64,000 bases of DNA from positions 58,788-122,787 of the forward strand of contig JAAPAO010000031.1 of the NCBI GenBank assembly GCA_013115145.1. The letters run 5' to 3'. This stretch comes from Perkinsus chesapeaki ATCC PRA-425 (Eukaryota > Protista > Perkinsozoa). The notes below the pieces were generated by a model, which was not told the DNA's origin, ran no database searches, and was given only the letters and a program-made list of their open reading frames with translations. Below, piece after piece: positions 43,973 to 54,857 of the stretch. The position numbers and the translations under genes are program-made. Within the stretch, counting starts at the first letter, position 1. Each line of letters begins with the position of its first letter.

Positions 43973-46900
43973 ATGAGCCGGCGAATGCCAAGCTGCTCTT
44001 CCACCTTGCTGGAGCCACATAGGGAAGCGACGGGCCCACCACTCGCCGAGTAATGAAAACTTGCGAAGTGTCGAGAGCAGTGCGTGTCGGTCAGCAGCAC
44101 CGGGCGGCAGCAGCTCGGTTCGCAACCGCTGTGTTTTTCCTCTTGCTTCGAATCTGGCAACCTGGCCTCGGCAACGTTGACGAGCCTAACCTATTTACCC
44201 CAAGGTACAGGCAAACCATATTGAAACACATGCCTTCATGGTCGCCTCCTGCTGCTCATAGGCCTCGAGAGCGCAGACACGACGAGTGTAGTGGAAACCA
44301 GACACGGAACGAAAGGCAGCCCGCGCTTGGACGTAAATCGCGCTAACGCTTAGTCGAATGTGTCAAGTATTAGAGCAGGTCGGCTATGATTTGCTTGTCG
44401 AGAATGATACCAACTCCACTGCCCAACATACGCAGTGGTATTACTTCACATCGCGAGTTAATACGAACAGTAGGGTACTTCAGCGTCATGTCGGTTGAGT
44501 ACGTGACATTAGGCTACAAGAAGGATGAGAAATATGCTTTACCAGTAGAAATAACAGCGGCATTTAACATCGTCAACTTGAGGAAAAAGAAGTCACTTTA
44601 CCAAATCGGCATGAAACCGTTCACCCTTCATTCTGGAGAGCTTGAAAGAGGCTGGGTCACCGACCGGTGCACTGACGTCTCCTACACACCACAGACGGCC
44701 ACATGCGACAGCCTGCCTTCACAAGCCGACGCCACCCCCGTCAGCTACACCCTAAGCTTCCGATATTCTTTCAAGGGCTACACAGACGAAGTTGTGGCAT
44801 TCGCTATGGCGCCTCCGCTCGCTTATACCACATTGACGTCGCACCTGCGTGCCTTGCGAGACTCGCGCTTCGAGAATGATCTCTGGCAGGTCAGCATTGC
44901 CTTCAGTGAAGGAGTACTTTGTGTGTGTAGGAATACGTCGGCACCTCACTAGGAGGCCTGCCTATACCGATGTTGCTTGTCTCGGACTTCGCACCTGACC
45001 CGGTCAACTTTCCAGTCTATTTGAAGTCGATGGCGCACAGAAGGCCGCTGGTAAAATTCCTTCCCTCACCGGTGACCTAGTCGCTGGTTTAGGCTCCTGC
45101 GTCGATACGCAAACTTCGAAGTGAGTCCGAATGGACACAATATATCAACTCGACCAATCAGCGAATCCAAAGAAGTAACGGAGAATCCGGCGGCCCTCGA
45201 GCGGCTACCATGCGCCCTGGACAGGCCCTTCTCTGCACGCAGTGGCGCCGTCCATGCAACGGCACGCGCCTATGCCTAAAATAGGCCTTACCCGCAGTGG
45301 CAGCGACGACAAAGTCCACGCGCGCAGCAGCCATATTGACCATCGGTAACCCGCAGTCATCTTAACCTGACGCGCATCTAACTGAAGTCTTTTCGATCAC
45401 CACGGGGGTCTGCCGAAGCTCAGGTGGTCGACAATTTCGATGGCGCGGCGCCTGATGTCTGCACGCCCTTCCGCGGGCATAGGCACTGACTATCTCACGG
45501 GTTTATACGTTTCATTCATAAGCTTATCTTCAGCCCTGCAGCAGCCCTACAAGCACACACGCGGATGGTGGACTTCTCGAGAAAGTTAGCACTGTGGCAT
45601 CGACATTTGTGAGATTGCTATGTCAATACGGCGAACAACGCTCTAGCCAGATCAGCTCGCGTGGAAGCTGTCCGTCGCAGCAGGCCAGGTGTGGTTATAA
45701 TTGCCCGACAGCATCCAGGGGAGACTGTGGGGACATGGATGTGTCTTGGACTCTTGCACTGGCTACTCAGTGATACTGCTCGGCACCTACGGGCCAAGTA
45801 GCCGAAGGGAATGCTCGTTGGCACTCCTATTCTAGCCGAGACATGCAACTGATATAGAAGTATCTTTATACATTGCCTTTGTTGCCAACGATGGCAATAG
45901 AGCTGCAGACTAATATACAGTACCTGTCACTGTCTTAGCAATGTTCGGCAGGTACTGCTTCCATATAGTGCCAATGGTCAACGTTGACGGTGTAGTACAT
46001 GGCAATTCGAGAACAACTCTAGCTGGAGTCGATCCTAACCGGACCTGGGCCGATCCCAACCCAGTGATTCATCCCGAGGTGACCCTCCCGTAGCGCTTTT
46101 AGATCTCGCCCCTGTAGCCTCTTGAAGGTGTTCAAACTTAAAGAGTATCTAAAAGCCGCTGGCCAACAAGTCCTAATGGCAGCCTGCGGGCCAGACGATA
46201 CCCCGTTGTAGCTAACGTTACTGAGATCTAGTATAACGGCGTCATGGCAGGCGACTAGCATCTCTCTTAAACACAGCAGAAGGCACACTGCATATGGGAA
46301 TACACGGTCATCACCTGTAGGACCCTCCGGTGCCACTGCGTAAGTTGCACGAGCTTCATCAGGTCGGCGAGGCAAGTGTCAGAAGCGTCTAATGAGGCGT
46401 CGAGGAAAGAGATGACAAACGTTCATGTAACTCATTCTCACATGCTCGAGCGTTCTACCCAACTGCCATCAAAACTGACTATTCAACACTCCATTCAATA
46501 ATAGGAATTATATGACTGCTTTAGAAGTGCTAGAGATGTATTTTATTTAATTTTCGTCCGCTTTCAGTTATTCCTAGATCTTCACGGTCACTCACAGAAG
46601 ACAGACGCCTTTTTCTACGGCTGTGGCGCGCCTAGTATCGCTTGCGCGGTTTACCCCAAGCTAGCATCCAAGGCTACGGATGATATCTCATTCGACTCCT
46701 CACGATGGCGATTCCCTCGGGGGCAACTGAAGACAGCGCGGTCTGTCGCCTATCGTCAGTTCGACATTATAAACAGTTATACGGTCGAGTGTAGCTTTTA
46801 CGGCTCCCAGACGGACGCCCCGCCGTATATTGCCGAATTCGATCAAACTCGACTGGCAACTATTGGAGCAGCCCTTGGTCGTGCCATGGCTACGTATTTC

Positions 46901-47656
46901 CAAGTGCCAGTAGACTATCGAGCGGACGATGTAACGGCAGATCGGCAGTGGTTGCATTTCGAGGACTTGGCTACGCTCTCGCCCCAGGGTGTTCTTGACG
47001 ATCTACGAGCAGTCGCTACAACGGTGCACGACTTGAATTCATCGCTTAATGGAGAAGAGCCAGCAGCCAATAGTGACTCGGATGACGTCGAGACCGCTAA
47101 AAAGGTGACACCAGGAGGCAAGGCACCGACCGACCGATCTAAGAAGTTTGTTGCCCGAATGGCCAGGCAGCCAAGGATGCGGTCACGGTCGATCCCTCAA
47201 CCATCATCGAGTACCCTGCCGAACAGTGAATCCACTAACGCTGTTATCCGCATTCCCCGTCGGTCCTTACCCACCTGCAGGACGGAGCAGAGCTTGTCCG
47301 GTCGAGGTGGTTTGCTGCAAGGCCCAGCGGGACCGGCCCTTGTGAAAGAACATGCAAGTCATTCAATGACACAAGGGCGTTTTGGCAGCCTGGGTGGGGC
47401 TATGGACCTCACCAACGGCATCCCATCACGGAAATCATATGTGGCAGCGGTGCTGAGCGGCATCCACCGAGCAGATCCGCGCGAGACCATATCACCCCCT
47501 AAAGGTAAGGATTCGCGTATAGCGTGCAGCTGTTCCCTTTTGTATATTATTTCGCAGGTAAGTCCCCTCGAACATATCGAAGGATTCGCTACCGTCATCG
47601 CCGGTCATCACCACAAACAACCCCTCGTGGCCGCGACACCGAAAGATCATCGCTGA
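43973..47656 (+). CDS. Cytosolic carboxypeptidase (M14, CCP/Nna1/AGBL family; tubulin deglutamylase-like), multi-exon; start uncertain
   Basis: FSSCFESGNL (~44135), NDTN..HTQWYYF (~44400), FNIVNLRKKKSLYQIGMKP, IIARQHPGE (~45700), IVPMVNVDGVVHGNSR...DPNRTW (~45965-46050), FLDLHGHS (~46570), NSYTVECSF (~46770). All Zn ligands and the catalytic Glu are present. Confidence 0.92.
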
Positions 47657-48416
47657 AGGGCACTCCACGCAAGGAACGACTATAACCAGTTATTGACCTG
47701 TGACATATGATGCTGTAGAATTTCTTGCACCCATGCCTCCTAGTTCGAATACAGTTGTGTTGGCCCGTTTAAGCACATGAAATTCCCGCCCCCCGGCCCA
47801 GTTGGTGGTCTAGCTAAATTTCCGTCGCACTACCCATGTTGTTGCGACAAGCTAGGTTAAGTGACTGCCCACGAATCAGCTCACTTTGTCGGAGTCTGGC
47901 TTGAATAATGCTATTCTCCTTCACGTTTCCTATGTATCCGCGCTGTAGAACAAGCACGGTAGGCGGTCGTGGAGCATTTTGTCAAGTGTAGCGGGATGCT
48001 GATACGATGATTGTGCAAGGATAGGCAATTTAATATATATGATAACAAACACAATTTTTGTCCCTGCTTAACTGCTAAGCCTTGACACAACCCAATTGCC
48101 CATAACTAATATTCTAGCTTGTTATACAGCTTAGTAGTTGTACATTTACTAAAGTATGTGATTAGAAGGAATTCGACTATTGTTGTTTATTCAAGGTTCT
48201 ATTCCCATTTGTATAATCACTCCTGTGTAAGGTCCAACAGTTCATTATTCAGTGATACTATTACGAAGGTGGATTTGGAAGGGTTAACCGATTAGTCCCA
48301 TCTACACAATAATAAGATATTAACAGCTTCACATATCCCAGCATTCATGTAACACGTCAGATGAACCTAGCAAAAGTGAATCGACAGCATCCGATTACCT
48401 ATATGTTATTGTTTTC

Positions 48417-49130
48417 TCATTTCGGGGATTTCGTGGCAATCTGGGAGCTTTCGGGCAGGTCTCGGTCCCACTTTGTTTGGAGATCAGACCAAGTGAGATT
48501 TCTTCTAATATGCTGAGGACCGCATAGATAATGTCCAGAGGGTTCCGTACGCTGAGATCTCCGACCAAATGTGCTCCTCTCCTTTTTTCTCTCCTCAAGG
48601 ATCATAAAGGTTGCAGGGGATTGACTTACCGCAAGAACGCCCGAGCAGAAGGGCTGGTAAGCTACCCTACTCCGACCGCCGACAACGTGAACGTCATTTA
48701 CTTGGCCTCTCCTTGGCTCCAAGTCCACGTCTAGTTCCATCCTACTACCCGCATAGTAGACATCCAATACCGGGAATTCAGGAGAAGTTTTGAGAGCTGA
48801 GAAACCTTGCTTGCATATATAACCGAGTTCCTCTTCAACTTCAATAGAGGCGGGCTCGGTTACTAGAGACTCCTTACCATATGACTCGCTCAAGAGTGTA
48901 ACGTTCTCGAAGCAATCGCTCTTTACATTTCTGTCTGCCGTGTACTCACTGGTGATCCCATTTTTGAGACGAAAAAGTTTTGGGCGAATGCAGGAGTTGA
49001 CAAACCCAACCTCGCGATTATACGCGATAAAGCTGTAAGTCCACACTCATCTCCTCTTCGACTTTCCGTCGCGACCATATCTTTTGCCATCAAACATTTT
49101 CACATCGCTTATACCTAGGTATAAGTCCTT
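48417..49130 (-). pseudogene. 5'-decayed copy of the intronless secreted-protein family
   Basis: ORF 48417-49046 aligns with the C-terminal two-thirds of the intact copy (LFRLKNG, CFENVTL, EELGYICKQGFSAL, YQPFCSG, HYLCGPQHIRRNLTW, WDRDLP). In-frame TGA directly before VWTYS; no signal peptide or LYSRV motif recoverable upstream. Confidence 0.75.
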
Positions 49131-49741
49131 CTGAAGTACTACTTCATATTATCAAGTTGCGGTAAATACGTGGTTCATATGATGCGAGGACCGACGGGTC
49201 GCTGATGGAGGTGAGATCAGGAAGCTACTCCGATAAGCCCTCTACACACGATTGGTTACGCGGTAAGTCTCTAGCAAGTTGATACTGAAGTAGCAACCCA
49301 TAAAATGAGACTTAAGGGTTATTCCGCGTACGGCTCCCAAGCGCGTCACAGTTCGGTGCAACATAAGGGACTCCTGTAACAGGAGCCCTATAACAGGAGT
49401 TCTAAGCGGATACTGACCGATTCTACTTGGACGCACTGCTTGTGTCGTATCAAATTAATCAGGCAACATTTCCACACCAAGTTATCAGTTATCAATAACC
49501 AGTACGTGTTGGATCGTGAAACCTGGGTGGTATACTCAAGACTTCATAAGAACACGACTCTCTGAGCTCGGGAGGAGAGTAGTGAACCTTGCAGAAAAAC
49601 GGACTAATTCGGACTAATTTGTAGGACTATAGTTGATAAGAGAGCATCAGATATCAAACTAAACGCGATTCGCAGCAGGTATGACAGCACACAACATATT
49701 AACAGCTTTACATCTTACGGCATGAGACGTCACTACACACG

Positions 49742-50620
49742 CTATTCAAGATGCTCAAGCCTTGAGACTGTGGGAACCTTAAAGCTATCAGGCAGACCGT
49801 GGTTCCAGAGGGTGAGTTGTTGCCATGGAATATGCCTCCTTATATGTCTCGCATCACATAGAAAACGTTCATCAGATGCCCTTGCATGGAGCATGCGATC
49901 AAGCACGCCACGTTCCTTCACTTTTTTAAGAATCATGCGTGTTAAAGGAGCATAAGCCATTGCAAGAATACCAGAGCAGAGGGGTTGGTACACAACTCCA
50001 GATCGGTCTCCAGCGACACCGACACTTCCTACCTTGTTGTTCATAAACTTTAAATCAATTGTAACATCGTTACGACTGCCAACATAGTGACCGTCCGATA
50101 CAAGTAGTCCGGAAGAAGGCTTAAGGGCAGAAAAGCCTGTCTTGCATATTTCGTTCATCTCCTCTTGAAATGGTAAAGACACTGGCTCGGAACGTTCACT
50201 TGTCTGGGAAGAATCCTCGGGTATTACTAATTCTACATCCTCGAAGCAGTTGCTGATTGGATGCCATTTCGCATTGAATTCCATTGTCATCCCATCTTCG
50301 AGACGTAGAATCTTGGGATGTGTTATATTCTTAATATAATCAGAATCCTGGTGAAATATTACGAAGTCCGACACGTCGACATTATGCTCTTTCTTGCCTT
50401 CAATCTTTATTTCATTTCGGAATTTCTGTATCTTGCTCATACCAATGCGTTTGGCTTCATTAACCCTATTTATAGGGACAGGTATATTTGGGATAAATAC
50501 ATATTCTGCATTCCCAACTCTCGAATACAGAAGCTCTTGTTCTGACAACCGATACGCCTGGGCCACCAATAGTAGAGAGAGTAATGAAGTGTAGGGAAAG
50601 ACTGTCATGTACAACAACAT
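49742..50620 (-). CDS. Intact intronless 292-aa secreted protein of a lineage-specific family, unknown function
   Basis: Uninterrupted ORF with signal peptide (M..VFPYTSLLSLLLVAQA) and family motifs ELLYSRV..AEYVF, ILRLEDG, CFEDVEL, EEMNEICKTGFSAL, VVYQPLCSG, FLCDARHIRR..W..L..W...LP.SF. Confidence 0.85.
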   Translation of the reverse strand: MLLYMTVFPYTSLLSLLLVAQAYRLSEQELLYSRVGNAEYVFIPNIPVPINRVNEAKRIGMSKIQKFRNEIKIEGKKEHNVDVSDFVIFHQDSDYIKNITHPKILRLEDGMTMEFNAKWHPISNCFEDVELVIPEDSSQTSERSEPVSLPFQEEMNEICKTGFSALKPSSGLLVSDGHYVGSRNDVTIDLKFMNNKVGSVGVAGDRSGVVYQPLCSGILAMAYAPLTRMILKKVKERGVLDRMLHARASDERFLCDARHIRRHIPWQQLTLWNHGLPDSFKVPTVSRLEHLE

Positions 50621-50933
50621 AACGGAAAATACTCTTAGTCATGTAGGCCGCCGTAACGACAACCGTGAGCGAAACCGACCACATGTGAGATGGAAATCAA
50701 TATTTGTGTTTCGAAGGCGACTAGGTAGTTCGATAAATATTTCGTAAAGGGGCAACGGATTACCTAGCGACAGTGCTACCTACGGGTTGTGCCGGAAAAT
50801 AACCGGCAATGACGTCCCATAACGCAAGGAGTGCAGCAAACAGTATAATAAAAGCTTTACATCTCAAAACGTTAATTTGACCCCTCGGATCACTAGGCCA
50901 TGGAAATGTCACACTTAGTCACATTAATATCTA

Positions 50934-51780
50934 TTATTGACTTCCCGACATCTTGGGCATCCTAAGAAGAGAGAAACTGCCGGAGAAACGACGGTCCGGG
51001 TTTGCATCGAGTTGAGCCCAAGTAAGATTTCCCATCATATGCTCAGGACCGCACAGATAATGCCCAGAGGGTTCAAGATTGGGTCTTCGATCAAATATGC
51101 TTTTCTTATTCTTCCTCTTCTCGAGAATTATATGGATAGATGGGAATGCACTCACTAGAATGGCGCCCGAGCAGAAAGGCTGGTAAAATGCATAACTCTG
51201 ATTGCCAACGACATGGACGTCGTTCACCTTTCCCCTTCTCGAACTTGAAGTCGACACTAACGTCCCTTGTATTGCCGACATAGTAGCCATTCCATATCGG
51301 AACTTGAAAGAATGCTTAAGAGATGAGAACCCTTGCTGGCATGTGGTGTTCAGTTCTTCTCGTCAAGGGAGGCGGGTTCCGTGGCGGTTTCTCCGCATTA
51401 GGTGCACGCATCAATTCAACGTCCTCGAAGCAGCCTCTGGTAGCGTCTCGCACTGCAGTGTATTCTTCTATCTTCGAGTCGAAGAATCGTTCGCCATGAC
51501 ACGAGGAGGTCAGACCCAGATCTGAGGCGTACGGTAGGGAGTTGTAGGCCCATACTGGTTGCTTCTTCGACTCTCTGTGAGGACTGCTCTTTCTGTCATC
51601 AAATTTTCTCACTCTATTTTTACTCATGTCAGTCGGCTTTTCTAAGGTAGTGATAGGACTTCCTCCACATGCAAAGATATATTCGGCGCCACCGACTCTT
51701 GAATATATCATCTCCCTGTATTCATCTGCCTCGGTTATCAGAATTAGACAGAGTAACGAAGTCTAATTGAGACGCAGCAT
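50934..51780 (-). pseudogene. Disrupted copy of the intronless secreted-protein family
   Basis: ATG 51780 followed by TAG at codon 6 (51763-51765, where the intact copy has Tyr). MIYSRVGGAEYIF and CFEDVEL are followed by several frame changes (EELNTTCQQGFSSL; NGYYVGNTRDVSVDFKF; VNDVHVVG..YQPFCSG..HYLCGPEH). Confidence 0.8.
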
Positions 51781-52268
51781 TTTGTACTACGAAAATTTTA
51801 ACATATGATAGGGAGCGGAGTCCTCATCGTTATCACGCAGGTCAGAACTGTCGATGAAACCTGTTGATGAAAAGCAGAGTGTGATATGATCAGCCATACT
51901 TCGACAGGTTTAACAAAGCTTCACATCGGTTCTAGACCTAAAGTCCGGTGTGGGGGGGGGGCGGGTAAAACGAGGCAAGTGCATCTGCTGTCAGTGACAA
52001 TGTACTTATGCCCCCACTATCGATGAGGAGGTCTCGAAATGCTCCCTTTCTGCCAATCATCCTGCTGGACCACCAAATATGAGCTAAGGTCCTTAAAAGT
52101 AGATAATGGAAAGTAAGATATGCTCGAGTTAAAATATGCGCCCGCCTGGGAAATCGATTTCTTTCGGGCACTAACGACTTCTATAGGTAGATAGAAACCA
52201 AGCACACAACCATGCGGAATCTCAAAGCCTGCGAAAGTACTACGCAAGTTCATAACTGCCAGCGGGTA

Positions 52269-52388
52269 ACCGGAAAAGAGAGTGTTCCATCAAAGTCATG
52301 TGCGCTGGACGATAACCGACATAGATGTAGTTAACGGGCGCAGTGACAAGTGGGTATGCCCATGCTGCCACTCAGCACCATCCCTCCC
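52269..52388 (+). repeat. Dispersed near-identical copy of DCAF11 gene sequence 37771-37884
   Basis: accggaaaagagagtgttccatcaaagtcatgtgcgctggacgataaccgacatagatgt...gcaccatccctccc occurs at both places. Differences: one A>G substitution and a 6-nt insertion (cccatg) in the copy. Confidence 0.95.
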
Positions 52389-52668
52389 TAAGTAGAAGCT
52401 TATGCGAATAAGATCGACTGCTAGTGACACACTGTCTATGGGCGGCCTAAGCACGAAACCTAGCTAGGCTGTTCACCAGCCACTTGAAGCGTGACTTAAC
52501 AAAAGTGTGTCACAAGACAAGTGATGTGACTGTTGGGTTCGTCCTAGTAAAGAATATTGACGAAACACAGAACTGCATAAGGATAAAAAAGAGACACTCC
52601 TTTGGCCGACTAGCACGAATCAACTGCCAGTCAACCCCACTGCTACGAGGGACGTAAATGAAAGGTTT

Positions 52669-54312
52669 CTACGGGAGCTGAGTGAGCTTACTCAAGCCAA
52701 CGTCCTCCTCGCAACCTGAGATAAGATATGCCGTATGAACATATCCGGTGTGCTTACCATCTCGGTTGGGGAAGTAGTTCTGTTTTCCACCTCGACGACG
52801 GACGTCCCAAGTCGAGCAGTGCAGAGATCCTCCAAATTCAAACACGCCGCGATACGGAATGCCGAGGACATCAAAACCATACTCTCCTTCAAGTAAGCGG
52901 ATAAGATCTTGTTCATCATCTTCTACACAGATTTTATCGGGAGTGATTGAGAAGACGTTCATTGACAGCCAACGAGACGATTGGCAGAACACCGGATGTT
53001 CTTGGTTTCCGTTCCACATCGGAACCTGTGAACCATTCGCGGCCAAGTACCAACGAGTCACCTTCGTACATCAACCATTCTCCAGTCGTTTTGCTTGAAA
53101 AGTTTGATTTCCTCTTCTACGGGAGGACGGTCAGGATTAGTAAGCACCTACAAATAGGCCTTGGCCGGTAATGCCTACCGAATCTCGGACCCACCAGACC
53201 AGGTCTGACACTGACAAAAGTGCAGTCGATGTGCGATGGGTATAAGTCATACGGGAAGTGAAGAGTTCGTACCTGAGATGAGGCTCGCATTAACTGCAAG
53301 GTCAACACCAGAAACTTACCGTAATCCCTTGAGGTTCATACTGTCTTTTAAGCCAGCGGATGCCTGCCAAATTAGTAGTCATAGAATGCTGGACGAGCAT
53401 GACATCTCCGATCAGCTGAGTGTCGGCTGCATCGAATAAAACTTCGTTTTCGTTGCAGCAGAATTTATACTTATGCATGTTTGCCTAACGGAAATGCGAT
53501 CGTCACCCCAACAGCGCCCTGCAGTTATCTCACTTTCCTCTCCTCTTCAGTCCACGTCCAAAAATCGGGGTTGTATGAAGAGTCGGCCATGAGCGGTTTG
53601 GGTGCAGACACCCATCTTACTTTGGGGTCATTATCGAAGTAGTAGCGGCAAAGCTTACGGTATGGGCGGTACTCAAAGAACCTGACAAGGAGCTGAGCAA
53701 TTCTACTGGTACATGGTTTCTGCTACCGAGATCTTTTGCTCATAGTGGCCTCTAATATCTCATTGCCAATAGTGCAGATAACGTCCCGAGGGCAGACTGC
53801 ACAGTACTGATTGGGGCTCTCGAAATCGGGAGTTTTCGTGCGGACGTTGAAATCGCAACATGATTCGTCGGGACGCCTCACAGTGACGCCTTCTGATTCT
53901 AGCACCTACGCGAAGGATTTGAGGCGACTGCGGAATTAACAAGATACCTCCTTCAGACCATCGAGCTCGTCATTGCAGCGATCGATGAACCTTTTGAGCT
54001 TGGGTCCGGTAGGCCAAGGCAGGAACTCCGAGAAGGGGTGGGACATTGACGAACCGTACTTAGTGAACCTGACGGATGTGGACAGTGAAGAAGAGCATGC
54101 TTACAGGCGTTACTGGTCGTTAAACTCAGATTCGCAGGCTGGTTCATGTGGGGGGAAGCAGCTACCGTCGGCTATTCCAACGACAACCTAACTTTAACTA
54201 ATCCGAGAGGAGTAGGGAGGCTTACTTCTTCAAGAGGATCAAAGTCATTCCATCTGTTGACTATTGGTGTGTCACCAGTAGCAGCAGCGGTGTATTCAGA
54301 GGAGGAGCACAT
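52669..54312 (-). CDS. GATM: Amidinotransferase (GATM/AGAT-like), multi-exon; start may lie further upstream
   Basis: VNRWNDFDPLEEVVVG, LESEGVTVRRPD..KTPDFES, CPRDV, IGNEILEATM, FDAAD, YPSHIDCTF, TNPDRP, SSRWLSMNV, GGSLHCSTWDVRRRG. The Cys-His-Asp catalytic set is intact. Confidence 0.93.
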
Positions 54313-54857
54313 TAGGTCGGAGAGGGAGGGACCAGAGAGTTAGGGAGCAAATACATAACTGTAGGAGTATCCAGAGATTCAATGAGACTGGAATGAACCG
54401 CACCTATCTTGCGCACTGGCTCATGTTCATGCGTGCAGAAGATACTCGACGGAGAGGCGAGCGAAGTTTTTACTGCTGCTGTCTATCTAGGGAATCCTTG
54501 AAAGTTTGGTGTGTGGGCTACCCCAATGATCGTGGATCTGCAGTAGATGGAAAATCTTATTGGAGTCGTTAATGCTACTGGTGCCCAGTTAACAGTTGAC
54601 TTATTTTGCCGCCGGCAAATTGCCGGTGGTAACAGAAAGATACTCAAGAGGTTGATAGAATGCAGTGAATGATTACATTAAATCTCAATTAATTTTATTT
54701 CCTTCAATAACACCATTCTACTATGGACAGATCTACCTGACGACCTACCTAGTTTCCTATTTCAATCTCCCCTACCGGCGTTCTAGCTTCCGATTACCGC
54801 ACTGTTCGGATATCCGATCGTAAAATGCAGTTGTAGTTTTTTGGTATTACCTTAATA

